Source: Camelus dromedarius
Taxonomy: Eukaryota
Direction of reading: 5' to 3'
DNA length: 64,000 bases
Assembly (NCBI RefSeq): GCF_036321535.1
Contig: NC_087437.1
Coordinates: forward strand, 85,314,001-85,378,000
The translations under genes and the position numbers were made by a program. This document shows, piece after piece, positions 38,491-52,605 of this stretch. Position 1 is the first letter of the stretch, and each line of letters begins with the position of its first letter. A model generated the notes under the pieces. The model was not told where the DNA came from, searched no databases, and saw only the letters and a program-made list of their open reading frames with translations.

Positions 38491-41409
38491 AAAAAATGTA
38501 TTTAAACTTTTATATTTTCATTCACAAGAGAGAAATGAGTGTGACATTTGGTGGGAGGGTAAAAATGATATATTTATAATTTCATGTGCCTTAATGCAGT
38601 TTATTTTAAAATATATTGCGATGATGAAGGTTTCCTGAGATGGTTTTAAACTTTAAAATAATTAAAAGTGGTAATTTTTGTTCTTCTGTCTTAACAGCTA
38701 GAAATCCTATAGGCCTGTTCATTCCTACCTACAACACATCACAGCAAACAAAAGCCATGTCAGGTTAACAATGAATTCTAACAAAATATACTGAATTCCA
38801 CCGCTGAAAATGTCAACCATGGAATAATAAAGTGAACAGCAAAAAACTACACTAAAAAATTGGTACTTAGCAAATCCTTCACATTTCCTGCTTTTTTGTC
38901 AGCAGTGAATCATACTTGGTAACCATTTTTGGAGTGTTTTATACAAGAAAAAGCTTCAGAAAAGATGCCTGTATTTGTAAAACCTGTATGTTTCTCTTTC
39001 TTAAAAAGATTTAACATTATTCTAAATATACATTTTTAGATTGAACATACACTGGAAAACAGGGATAATTAACCTCCTAGTAAACAAATCTTATATTGAA
39101 AATGTTGTCAAATATAGACACTATGATGGAAGTAGCTTTAAAATCACTTGAATACGATTTTGCTTTTGCAGATACTTTCAAATAGATATCCTTGTTTGAT
39201 TGTTATAATAATTGTTAGGAATTAGTGAGTAATTGTTCAAAACCATAGTCCAGCTTAAAACAGAACAGAAATACAATCTCTGTGTCAACCCTATGTTCAG
39301 AGACTTATTTTTTTCTCAAATAATTGAAGCCAAGAGACTCTGACTAAATGAAAATTAAGTCAGATTCACCAGTTTACAGCTAAAAACTGACGTTCTGGAG
39401 CAAAGAGTAATGTAGGTAGAATTTTCCGGCCTTCACCCTCCCTCCTGAATATTTCAAGGGTTATTTCAAGCATATGCATAGACAGAAATACAAATGCAAA
39501 CGATCAGTATGTCAGATACAACTGAATTAGGTATTCGTTAGAAAAAAAAGGATTTTTGAGTTCAGTTTTCAATGGTGGAGAAAAATATAATGAAGAAAGG
39601 CCTAACCATTCAGATAGTTCCTGGAATGATTTATATTTTAATAGAATCATGATGTAAAAGGAGATACAGAACTGTTTTTGTCATTCAAATTTTATAATTT
39701 TAGGTTACTTTAAGTGAAAAGATAAAGAAATAGGTCAAATTCTAGTATTCTTTTGATTCACTTAGATGTTCCTTCAGAGTGGCTATCAGAGTGATATACA
39801 TATATATAAAAATACCCTACTGATTATCTGTCAAATGCATCTGACTAGCCCACGATGCTGGTATAGGGCAAACTGTCATTCCTTCTACCTGTAAAGTGGT
39901 TGCTTATCTTCCATTCTTCGTCCTAGTACTGCTGAGCTATTGCCACAATAACCATTTTAACTGTGCCTGAAACATCTGTCATGATGCCATTATTTTTTAC
40001 TCTAGCTTCCCTATCTATTTTCTTTATTTTTGTATTAACGTCTCAAAAATTGCCTGGGTAGAGAAAATGTTTCTGATATGAAGGCACCACGATTTTTTAT
40101 CTCTTCAAATCGTAATATTTTATTTTCTTTACGGCTCTCAGCAGTTGCCAGCACTGGTACTTTGACGATTTTAATAAAAAGTACAAATTTTTCCTTCCCT
40201 GGAATTGTTCTGTTGCCACATTTGCAGGGCATGGAAAATGCTCTGGGTTCCAATGCTCCAGTCTAGGATAATATTTAACACATCTAATATTTATTAAGTA
40301 AAAATGATATTTATTCTAGGATAATTTTTAAGAGAGCACTTCTGGAGAAGTAAATGCATTCCTTTCCTTTATAAAATTAGCAAGTATTCCAGCCACCCAC
40401 ACACTATCTACTATAATGATCTACAAATCCATTTGCATGGATAAAATATGACCCTGGTTGGATTAAAACCAAGTTGATACTTACTAATTTATATTTCAAG
40501 TATAAAAACATCTTTCACTAATTGGTATTTCAGGAAAGATTATGGTATACTGACCAGCCTTCCTGTTACTGTAAACAACTATAATGTTGGAATAATTATT
40601 TTTAAAAGGAACTCTCATAAATGTAAAGATAAGCTGACAAGAATGTGCAGAATAAATCGTGGGGTGAATCTAGGAACCAGGAAAGGTCAGCAGAGCACTA
40701 AACCCAGCTCTGCATTTGCCACATCATGTCTATGTGAACTACTTCGGGGCACAGAAGACAAAACCTGGCAGAGAGGTGGCTTCAGAGATACTGCTGCTTT
40801 ATATCTCAATCTGGGTGTTAGTTACACAACTGTCCAGTATTTTTCTTCTTTATACCATACCCGTGAGTTCTTTGGCATATTTATGCTATGTTTCACGATT
40901 TCAGTTTTAAATACTTGAAACACAGGATCAGTAATAAGCAACCTGAGGTATTCTTTTTGTCAGTACTCTGTACAACTTAACAGTATCCAAACCAAAATGC
41001 TATGCATCTTCCATCTATAAAAATTTCATTAGCATGGCAAAATAATTACATCTGTGACTCAACTGAACGTGCATATTGGTCCCTGCTCCTTACATCTGAT
41101 ATAATACATATCTGACTATATGTATATAATATAAAGTCTTTAATTTTAAAATTCTGCCTCTTTTTGTCACTTTTATTCCAGTGTTCCCGTTATCAATAAT
41201 GCTACGCAGAAAAATACAGTTACTTATGCCCTTGCCATCAGCTCAAAACAATATGAGAATAATAATAGACAATCTATAGGTTAGCTGCCAGTTTTCTTTA
41301 ATATTTCTTCTATAATAAAATAATAATACTAAATTATTCTGCATTAATGCCCCTTGAAAACTAGACTTAAGGTTATATAAGTCAAAGTATCTAATACAGC
41401 CCATTTTAT

Positions 41410-41790
41410 TGTGAATACACGAAAACCTGAAGATTCGCTATAAGATTCTTTGGAAATAGACACAAAGCCTAGGGCAATTTTCTTGAAAACTATTTTCCTC
41501 ATGAAAAATTGTCAATAATATGGGCATGCCACAGCTGACCTTACCCAAAGATGCCTGCTATTCAAGTTTTGATCAAAATCCTGAAGCCCCATTGTCTTCT
41601 CCTTGGTAATTCTAACTTTCAGTAGATAAATGACTCCATTTTCCCCACTCCAAGCCCAGCTGTGTTTGCTCTTCTGAAAAGAATCTTGTTAAATCTGTCT
41701 GATTTATCCTCTCATTTGCCTCAATTCCAAGGTTTTTGTTTTGTTTCAGCAATAATAAACCTTTTCCTGCCCCTAACTACCCCAACATAA
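41410..41790 (+). mobile_element. Possible old LTR remnant
   Basis: Starts tgtga, has LTR-like composition and an aataaa near 41754. Family not recognised. Confidence 0.3.
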
Positions 41791-42009
41791 TCTTGCTAAT
41801 ATTTCTTCATGTTTTATATAACAACATATTAATTAGAGTTTTAACTCATTTATAGACTGAGGATAACTTTAAATATTCTGATGCCTGTAGCATATTTATT
41901 TTCTTTGTAACATTTCTTGCATTTTATAATTAGGATATATTTTATTGTGGAGTGAGAATTTGCTTAGGTTTCTTTACTCATTGCAGTACTTGGGGAAATA
42001 GACTTAAAA

Positions 42010-43228
42010 TTTTTTGTTGTTGTTGTTAACATATAGTTGATTTTCTGGTATACAGCATAGTGATTCAGTTATACATATATACATTCTTTTTCATATTCTT
42101 TTTCATGATAGGTTATTGCAAGATACTGAGTGTAGTCCCCTGTGCTATGCAGTAGGACCTTGTTGTTTATCAAGTTTGATCTGCTAATCCAAAACTCCTA
42201 ATTTATCCCTATCACCCCTTCCCCTTTTGGTAACTATAATTTTGTTTTTTATATCTGTGAGCCTCTTCTCTGTTTTATAAACAAATTCATTTGTATCATT
42301 TTTTTTAGATTCCACATATAAGTGATATCATATGATATTTGTCTCTGTCTGAATTACTTAGTATGATAATCTCTAGGTCTATCTGTGTTGCTGCAAATGG
42401 CATTATTTCATTCTTTTTTATGGCTGAGTAGTATTCCATTGTGTGTATATGTATGTATGTATGTATATACACCACATCTTCTTTATCCGATCATCTACTG
42501 ATGAAAATTTAGGTTGCTTCCTTGTCTTGGCTATTGTAAATAGTGCTGCTGTGAACATTGGGGTGAATGTATCTTGTCGAGTTAGAGTTTCCTCTTGATA
42601 TTTGCCTGGAAGTGGGATTGCTGGATCATATAGTAACTCTATTTTTAGTTTTTGAAAGCATCTATATACTATTTTCCATAGTGGCTGCACCAAATTACAT
42701 TCGTACAAACAATGTAGGAGGGTTCCCTTTTCTCTACACCCTCTCCAACATTTATTGTTTGTGGAATTTTAATGATGGCCATTCTGACCGATGTGAGGTG
42801 ATACCTCGTAGTTTTGATTTGCATTTCTCTGATAATTAGCGATATTAAGCATCTTTTAATGTGCCTGTTGGCTATCTATATGCCTTCTTTGGAGAAATGT
42901 CTATTTAGGTCTTTTGCCCACTTCTTCTTGTTATTGAGTTGTATGAGCTGTTTGTATATTCTGGAAATTAAGCCCTTGTCAGTTACATCATTTACAAATA
43001 TTTTCTCCCAGTCCATACGTTGTCTTTTTGTTTTGTTTATGATTTCCTTTGCTCTGCAGAAGCTTATAAGTTTGATTAAATCCCCTTGGGTTTTTTGGGT
43101 TTGTTTTTTTTTTGTTTTTTTTTTTTTTGCTTTTATTTCTATTGCTTTTGTAGACTGACCTAGGAGAACAGTGCTATGATTTATATCAGAGAACGTTTTG
43201 CTTATGTTCTCTTCTAGGAGGTTTATGG
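42010..43228 (-). mobile_element. 5'-truncated LINE-1 (ORF2 C-terminus and 3'UTR), antisense
   Basis: Minus-strand ORFs 42876-43280 (DWEKIF...[13 protein letters not shown]) and 42418-42708 (YDPAIPL...PMFTAALFTIAK) are ORF2 C-terminus. T-rich tail at 42010. Confidence 0.95.
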
Positions 43229-44677
43229 AACACAAGCCATTTATCCTGCCTAGTATAAAATACACATTGAATGTAAGCATGGTTAGATATCAAAACCACT
43301 GTTTTTCTGTTTTTTATATCACTGCTTAACTCATAGACACAAATACTTTTTCTGGTTTTGATGGTTACCAACCAGCACAATATATATAAGAATGCATAAT
43401 AGGTTTAATTTTTATTGTTTTAAATATTAGAATATGTTTCCTCCTACAAAGCATATCATTAAAATATGTGCTAAAAGAGCAAATTTTCAACATAGTGAGG
43501 GAGAAGATTTCAAGTTGATGGACCATATAGTAGCTTTTTCTCTTGTGACTTATATATCCATATTATTATACATTGCATTGATTTTGCAAGGTGATGCTGA
43601 TCTGATCACACAGATCCCATATTCAAACTTGTTATTATAATTCACATGGAACTATTGATTGAAAGCTTTCTTTTGTAGTCAGATTTTGTTTTCTTTCCTT
43701 TTGTCTTTAAAAATGTACCAAAGGTTTTTCCAAGTATTTTCATGTTAAAAAATGTGTCAATTTCCATAAGTATGTATTAAATTGTAGTATATTTTTCTCT
43801 GTTAATCATTTGCAAGCACAGATTCACTTGGTTGTCAATGCCTCATTGTTATATTTTGGCTTATCAACCTAAGCAAATAAATACATACTTAATAAAATTA
43901 TTCAAACTATCTTCTTAGAGCAACCATGTAAATTTTTTTTACAAAAATCATGATCCTCATATTTATTTCCTTCATGATTACTGATGAAATGGGGGGAAAA
44001 AATGACCTTTTCTGGCTGACTGCCCAGTCAATACTGCACTCAGACACTGAAGGAAGCTTTGATTGTGTTTTGATGTTTTCACCAACCTATTACTGTATTG
44101 ACTTGATGGCAGCCAAAACATACATTTGTGATCTCATTTTTCTCCAGCAGTTTTTTCCACTCAATCAGACATGTACACAAATATCCACAGGACAGAAGAA
44201 TGCTTTTAACTGAAGCAAATCTCTTAGGAATAGTGTCATGCAAAGACCTCTTTTTGAAAGACTATATAGTCTGCTGTTTGTGCCAAACATTTTTTTCACC
44301 TCAGTGAATAATACTGTAATTAATGCCAGAAAGAAGCATTGCATTATGAACAAACAACTGTACTATGCCAAATGTCGCCATAGTGTTAAAGACTGAGTAG
44401 TAATGTTATCTCTTTTGATAAAGACCTACAAGATTTTTACCGTCTATTTACTACATTAATAAGCTGCAACTGTCCCTTTGAATTAGCATGAAGGAGTATT
44501 TATTGCTGATGTCATGGAAGGGCAAAGATGTGTCTCTTTCAGAGAAACAGAACCAAAATCAGACTTTTATTTTTCCCTGGTTCTCCTCTCTAGTCCACTA
44601 TTATAATGCTACCTTGCTTCTGATACTAAAATAATTAAATTACAGCAAAGATCTAGATGTTCTCACTACTAAAAAAC

Positions 44678-45130
44678 TGTGAAAGATGACATGAGTGGAG
44701 CCATTTAAAATAGAGCCAAAACGGTCATTCCAGAGGAGCTGCCTTGCATGTCTTGTTTTATCCACCTCTGAACTGAACTAAGCACCAGTATTCTGAGAAG
44801 CAAAGAAACTAGAAGATCTATCCTGTTGAAAGGACTGATAAATGAACTTTTACCTAGTGACCACTTCACCTGACAAATCTAAGTAGTACAAATCTAGCTT
44901 TAACTCATCTTTTACCAATTAACACTTCACCTGATTGATTACCTCATCTTGCACCGATAAGTTCTTGTCAAAAACAACTTACCTCATCTTTCTTTTTCCC
45001 ATGAAGTCCTGATCTCCTCTCCTGTAACCAGGAAACTGAGTGTCTGCCTAAATCTGTGCATCCCAAATTGCAATTATTTGATCCCAGACACTTTGCTGCT
45101 TGAATTGTACTCTTATTTTTTAAGTTGACA
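44678..45130 (+). mobile_element. ERV1-class solo LTR (MER34-like)
   Basis: TGT...ACA termini, near-matching 4-bp flanks (aaac/aaat), and 3' motif catcccaaattgcaatt...ttttaagttgaca. Confidence 0.65.
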
Positions 45131-45599
45131 AAATATTTTAGGAACCCTCTTTTTGAAAACCCCATACCCTGCCACATACATGCTACTGAAAAATATCTGT
45201 TAATGCTACCTGATTTGTTATTATAGGTTTCATGATAATTTAGATCCATTAAAAGCATTAAAATCTGATATGTAGTTATCAAAGGCCTATTCTTCATTAC
45301 TGCAAAAAAATTCACCTCTAATTTATACATCTGTTTGAACTGTATCTTTCTGCAAGTGTTTCATTTATTTCTAAAGACATTTTACTGACACTAATTTTAA
45401 TTTGTTCTGCTTATGCATTCATGAATAGGAGTCTACTTGCTTTAAATAATCATCATTACATTTCTAAAACATGTTGAATTTAATCACTTCTAGCATTTTC
45501 TTATGTCAATACAATTACACATGCCCTCTCCCCTTTGTACTATGCCTATCCCACTCTCAGAAACATGAATAATCTTGTTTTCAATTGAATATCAATGGA

Positions 45600-46010
45600 T
45601 AGTTAATTAACAAAATGTTTCCATTAAGTATTTGTTAGACTATACCAAAAGCTGTGAGAGTTATAAGATGGAAAAGACATCGAGTCATCCTTCCTGTGGG
45701 GATAAAATAAACTTCCAGGATGTTATCATACATGGAAGAATGTGATCCCCATTGTGCTGAGTTCAGTTGGAGGGCAGGGAAGGAAGACCCTCCTGGAAGG
45801 AAGCATGTGGGTGAGATAGTTTTAGAGGCTGACTTTAAAGCATTATTGGAATTTTAATCAATCTCTGGATGGAAAAAAAAAAAAAAAGAAAGAAAAAGAT
45901 TCAGCATTGCAATTTGAAGTGCTGACAAAAAACTATGGAGACAGAAAATTGTAGAACACTGGCAGCATCAGTCAAGTAGTCCAGGGAGGTTAGAAGATGG
46001 AATGTGGAGT
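45600..46010 (-). mobile_element. LINE-2 remnant
   Basis: attaacaaaatg...attaagtatttg...agttataagatggaaaagacatcg...gggagggcagggaaggaagaccctcctggaagg. Confidence 0.5.
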
Positions 46011-49000
46011 TGGATATTTCCCTCTACCATTTCCATCAGCTTTTCCAAATTAAACCCTGTTCCCTAGTATTCAACTCTTACACACTGCTTCTCCCACTCC
46101 TCATTCCTATGTGTATCTTTCACACACAGGCTAACCTATCCGTGTCCCCTTAAATACGATCTTGAAAACTAGACACAATGTGCCATATGTGCTTAGATCT
46201 ATTTTCACTAGAGTAGGGCTGGACACTCTCTTGACCTGGGTGCCATAATCAATTGGTATTAATACATATTTTAACCAATTTATTAGCTATATTATCTAAG
46301 TTTAGCAAAAAAATTCCAAGATTTTTTCTTGTCCTCTCCTTCATCTGCTGTTAAACCAGGCCTCACCACTTACAGATTACTTTTATACTTATTTTGAATT
46401 TCTTCCTGCTCAGCTTGATTTGGTAGAATTTGGTCTTCTATAGCAGTTTGCTTGCCAAGTTTTTCTGATTTTTTTCAGCTATTCCTGTTCATATTATTTT
46501 TAAAAAGCATTTGGCTAAGATATCAAATGCTATTTAAAGATGATAATACAAGACCTCAGTAGAGAATACCCACAGAGTTATTAGCTCAAACCTCCAATCA
46601 ATGTAAATTAAATCTGATTTTTAAATAATGACAGATTCACTGAGTTGTAAGTGCTCCCTTAAACTTTGACATGATTTGTTTATCAAAATAAACTTTCTCC
46701 CCTGTGGAATTTTCCTGAGGTATTAATTTTGTAATATTATGCTGAAATATTTTATGTTTAAATATCACCTCTACAAATGGTGAATCATTGTTCCATGATA
46801 GGTTAAAGTATTTAAATGTTTCACATAATATTTAAATAAATATGAAATACATACATAGTACACCTTCTATGGATATACTGGTACCATGTAGAAATTAAAC
46901 TTCAAAGAGACAGTTTTCAAATATTTCTGTTCCTTGAAATGATTTTATTCAATTCCTTTTTTCTCAATTGGTGTAGAAGAATAAAATCAGAACTGAATAG
47001 TATTACTTTCCTTGTATGTTCTGTTCCATCACACTGCAAAGATTAGGCCTTTCCCTTTCAAGTTATGCTTATTATAATGGTATCACACAAGTATTCACTC
47101 CATAACCATGTCTTTGTCAGAATGTGTTTCTTACCAGCAAATTGTTAACAGACTTTTTTTTTTTCCTGTATTTGGAAAGCTGTAGCTAACTTCCTATTAA
47201 AAAACTTTTCTTAGCAACTTTTGGGCAAAACAGTCCAATATAACTGACGATTATCTTCCTAAGTCTGTTCTTACCTCTAAAGGCAAAATTCAAAATTCAG
47301 ATATAATTAGAATTTTTTTTCAGTTTCTATCGTCAAATTGTTGAGTAATAATCTTTAGAGCTCTGACAGGCAGGCCAACTTCCCTCACTCCTTCCCACTG
47401 CTTAAAAAAAAAATAGACTGATCGTCACACTCTAAATGAACCTCAGAAGGCATTTCTGAAAAATAATAATAGAAATCTCATTTCCAATTAATGGGTTTGA
47501 GAAATTAATTGAAAAGACATACATTCAGTTATTCTGCATCTTTAATCACAAATAGGAACTTGCATGTGTAAATTATTAGTATATCATCTGCTTATATTAC
47601 TTGGGTTTACTTTTAAGAGTCAATCAATCCTTGCTCCAAGAACAATGTGCCATCAAGTTTACAAAGCCAGAGTTTCTCTGTTAGGTCAGGGAAGCCACTA
47701 GCACTTTGCTTCTTTGAAAAATTCAATCACTTTCCAGTTTTCTCTCAAATATTGAGTCATATCATCATCTCTTATTTCACAAAATGATTTAGAGCACTTA
47801 TGTAAGCCAGTTTTTGTTCCTGAAGCAGTTAACACAACATAGACGTACAGAAGGACTAGTAAACTATTTCATATCATTATTGATATCATAAAAAGGCTTG
47901 AAGAAGCAAGGAAAAACCTGTGGTCAAACGACTGTAGCACTAAGCTCCTTAACTGTAATTCTATCTTCTTTTTAGCACAAAAAGGGGTTGCAAATCTATC
48001 TACATAAAATCAAAACATTATTCGTAACTGAAAACAAAACCCAGCCAATTAATTCACTTAATAGCATATAAAAACAACCAAAAATACAATTGAATTGACT
48101 GAATTTTGTGTGACATCTGGTAAATTCCTTCAACAATTTTTTTGTCCAAAATATTTAACACACACTTCTATTTAATTAAATAATGCTGTTAAGAATTTAA
48201 AGCTTTTTAAATGAAATCCAGTTATCTGAAATCAATATATAATACTATAGTCAAATTCTACTCATTCCACCATGATGAGAAAACTGTGTGAATTGCTCAC
48301 TCTGTCATCAAGCAGCTGAAGCACATGAAGTCCTCGGAGTGACAATTCTAGCAACACCATATGTTTTGCCATCTGGATGATGGTGTGGGGCCCATGTAGT
48401 GAACGTACTTTTCCCTAACAATTCCTAAACAGAAACTCTCAGATTTTGTTAAGTAACTACTATTAATTCAAATCAAAATTACTGAACATTTGGTGGGAAG
48501 ACTTATGAGATGCTAGTTGGTACTCACTTTATGTAGTAACAAAAAATACATTAACAAAGCACAATTTCATGCCCTACGTTTAATAAATGACATTAGAATT
48601 TGAGATTCACAACTCCACTTTTGGTTAATTTCCTTGGTAATTAAAAATTTAAATGTTTTGAGGACTTGCTAGGTTTTGATGAAGTCATAAAATTTTTAAA
48701 CTATTACATTTTTAACATATTGAGTGCAAAATTTCATAATTAAATTGTTAATATTTTTTCAAACATTTATCTTTACAGCCTGATTTTCACTTGCACGTCC
48801 TCACAATTCATTGTTTGAAATGACAGTTTGTTTTTTATGGTGTTAAAGAATAATCAAAAAATTGCAAAACAGGAGGAGAGAAAGCATTTTGGTATGGGAT
48901 AAGCAGCCTTTATCCATGTGCCAGTATTGTAACATCAAAATTGGATTTTCCATGAAATGTTTAAAATAAATGTTTTATGTAAAACTATGGATCTTGTCAC

Positions 49001-49527
49001 ATAATAGAAACATCTCCAGTCAAATCAGTTAATTAGTGTCTCTTGAAATCAGTTAAAGTGCTGTCACCCCTGTAGTTCCTGTATGCCTTCTGACACATAT
49101 CAAATATGAATCTGATTGATTGAAAGATACTACCTGTCAAATAAATCTGGTGGAAACGAAGTTAAGGAAAAATAAGTTCAACTTCAGCCAAGTGGCTCAG
49201 ATCTTGACTAGGCTAAATGGACCAATATCTGTTTGAAGCAAGTAGTCTGACATTCACCTCAAAGAGTAAAAAATCATGTTTTATAAATGGCAAACAGTGA
49301 AATTAAAAATGGTTAAAAACATAAAATAATGAATGAATACAGAAAAAATAAAGGATTGAGAGACATTTACAGTATATAATATAGGAATTTAGAGCAGTTT
49401 AATTGGACCATGATAATCCTAACAGATTAAACTACATGTTATGAAATGATGGCAAGTATCCATTAAAACTGAGGTGGAGAATTATTCCTCCAGCTCTTCT
49501 CAGTTTTAGTGGATATGAAGCTGAAGA

Positions 49528-51040
49528 AATAACCCTCCCACTTCACATAATACTACAAAGCTACAGAAATCAAAACAGCATGGTATTGGCACAAAAACAG
49601 ACATATGGGTCAATGGAACAGAATAGAGAGCCCAGACATAATACACCATTAGTAAGTTAATCTTCCACAAAGGAGTCAAGAATATACTATGGGGGAAAGA
49701 CAGTTTCCTCAACAACTGGTGTTGTCAAAGCTGGACAGCTACATGTAAATAAATGAAATTAGAACAATTCCTCATATCATGTACAAAAGTAAACTCAAAA
49801 TGGCTTAAAGACTTAAACATAAGACACTATAAGCCTCCTAGATGAGAACACATGCAAAACACTCTCTGACATAAATCTCAGTAAAGTTCTCCTAGGGAAA
49901 TCTACCCAGGCAATCAAAATAAAACCAAAAATTAAACAATGAGACCTAATCATACTTATAAACTTTTGCACAACAAAGGAAACCATAAGCAAAACAAAAA
50001 GACAACCTGTGAAATGGGAGAAAATATTTGAAAACAATGCAACTGGCAAGGGCTTAATTTTCAGAATATACAAACAGCTCATACAACTCAACAAAAAAAC
50101 AAACCCAACCCAAAAATGGGCAGAAGACCTAAATAAACATTTCTCCAATGAAGACATACAAATGGCCAATAAGCACATGACAAAATGCTCAGTGACTGCT
50201 AATTATCAGAGAAATGCAAGTCAAAACTACAATGAAGTATCACCTCACATAGGTCAGAATGACTATCGTTAAAAAGTCCACAAATGATAAATGCTGGAGA
50301 AGATGTAGAGAAAAGGAAACCCTCCCATAGGAAAGCAGTTTGGTGTAGCCATTATGGAAAAGTATGAGATTCCTTTAAAAACTGAAAATAGACTTACCCT
50401 ATGATCCAGCAATCCCACTCCTGGGTATGTATCAGGAGAAAACTCTAATTTGAAAAGATACATGCACCCCAGTGTTCATAGCAGCAACTATTCACAATAG
50501 CCAAGACATGGAAGCAACCTAAATGTCCTTCAGCAGATGACTAGATAAAGAAGTTGTGATATATATATATATAATGGAATACTTACTCAGCCAGAAAAAA
50601 AGAATAAAATGATATCATTTGCAACAACATGAATGTAACTGATTGCCATACTAAATGAAGTAGGCCAGAAAGAGAAAAATTATCATATGATATAACTTAT
50701 ATGCGGAATCTAAAAAAAAAAAAAAAAGACACCAATGAACTTATTTACAAAATGGAGACAGACTCACAGACACAGAAAACTTACGGTTACTGAGGGACAG
50801 GGCAGGGATGGATAAATTGGGAGTTCAGGATTTGTAGATACTAACTACTATATGTAAAATTGATAAACAACAAGGCCCTGCTGTATTGCACAAGGAACTA
50901 TATTTGATAACTTGTAATGGTCTATAATAAAAAAGAATTTGAAAAGGAATATATATGCATATATTTGAATCACTATGCCATACACCAGAAATTAACACAA
51001 CGTTGCAAATCAACTTAAAAATAAAAAACTTTTAAAAAAT
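49528..51040 (+). mobile_element. 5'-truncated LINE-1 (ORF2 3' third and 3'UTR)
   Basis: tactacaaagctacagaaatcaaaacagcatggtattggcac. ORF 50009-50272 (WEKIFEN...[22 protein letters not shown]) is ORF2, and an A-rich tail follows. Confidence 0.95.
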
Positions 51041-52299
51041 TGAAATGAGAAGAGAATTGACACACTTATTCATACAATACCTGGAAAGGCAAAGCAAATC
51101 TGTATGATTTTATTAGACACCTTAAGGGCATTATGTAAAGGTGACCAGCTTCATATCTGCTCCTCGATGTTATGTTAATTTTACATTTTCTCTCTTTATA
51201 GACATTACTAATTTGAACACAGGAATGTAACTGTTCCCAGCATAGTCAAGCAGATCACTTTTATTGCAATGTGAAATGGTGACAATAAGATAGCCTGACA
51301 GTATCTGTGTGTGGCATAAATTAAAATATGTGAAGCTGTCTCCACTGTGGAAGACATATCATGTATATGTCAAAAATACAGCATCAATATTGTAATATGT
51401 CACCTATCATTTTTTCACATGTCTGTGCAGGGAGAAATAATTATGAATAACCTCATAGTGGTGAATTTTTTCAACCATTTCCAACAGATCCAGTCTTAGC
51501 CTAATTTTCATCTGAAGCTCTTCTTTCTCTTCAATCTTCATAACTAGAATAACTATCTGGCTGCTGTTTTAGCAACTGTAAATTCATATTATTATCTATA
51601 GAATATTACTGTCCTACACAGTTTAGAATGGTTGGTGAAATTCAAGGCCAGCTACTTAATTTGCAAATCCTGTTAAAAATAAAAATGAGATTCCCTGTTA
51701 GAAAAGCAGGGGAAAAATGCTGTTAAAGGTAATAAACATAAGGCTTTTCCCATGCCTCCATGATTTGTCTCTCAAATTGTCATTGTAATTTTTATTTGCT
51801 ATATAATGCCTTTTTAGGTAAGACATAAATAAAAGTTAAATCATTAGCTTGAGTTTTACCATCACCTTTATTGTGTACGGCAGTTTTTAAACCCCTGAAA
51901 TTAGACAATTTGTATTTTATAGCTCACATATGCATATGCATTTTGTATGAACAGGGGAAACACTGCAGAAATGTAACTCAGCTGCTTTTATTTGACTTCT
52001 CAACCTCTGTCTCACTGATAGATAAGGAAGGATTGAAAGAGAAAGCATCTCTGGATTGCCCTGTCTTTCCTTTTTTCTTCTCTGTCATCATTTTCAGCAT
52101 TATTGGTGGGCCAACACAGAAAAGTAAAGCGAGTAAGAAAGAACATAATAGCACCCTTTGATGGTTTATGTTTCTTAGAACACCATGACCTTCTCTAAGT
52201 CTTCAAAGCAAGTTCTGGTCCAAGAGAAAAGTGTGACTCTCAAGGCTATCATTGCTCCTACTTCCTTGGTTATAGATGAGACGCAATGACCTTGACTTG

Positions 52300-52605
52300 T
52301 TCTGAGTCTCACAGAACTTCTGTCCATCTTGGTTCCTCTGGAATTCTGTGCTCTTGGGACACTGTGAACTATGTATATGACAGGCTGAGAAGGAGTCATG
52401 GATATGCAAATTGTATGTTATCTCTTCTGCTCACATGTGTGATTCACTGCCCCATCTGTCTTCACTTGTAGATCACAAGTTCAAAGATAAAATCATTAAG
52501 AATTTCAAATATGGTGGTTGCTGAGTGTTAAAGCGAATGTGGGGTCCTTCTGAGTGCAAGGCCCTGTGTGACAACACAGGTCACATACGTATGAAGCTGG
52601 CCCTG
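52300..52605 (-). mobile_element. MER45 (B/C-like) hAT-Tip100 fragment
   Basis: ccttctgagtgcaaggccctgtgtgacaacacaggtcacatacgtatgaagctggccctg is the reverse complement of the MER45 5' terminus. The left boundary is uncertain. Confidence 0.75.

Noticed and set aside
48272..48320. ATGATGA...CTGA as a C/D box snoRNA
   Set aside because: The boxes span under 50 nt and there is no convincing terminal stem.
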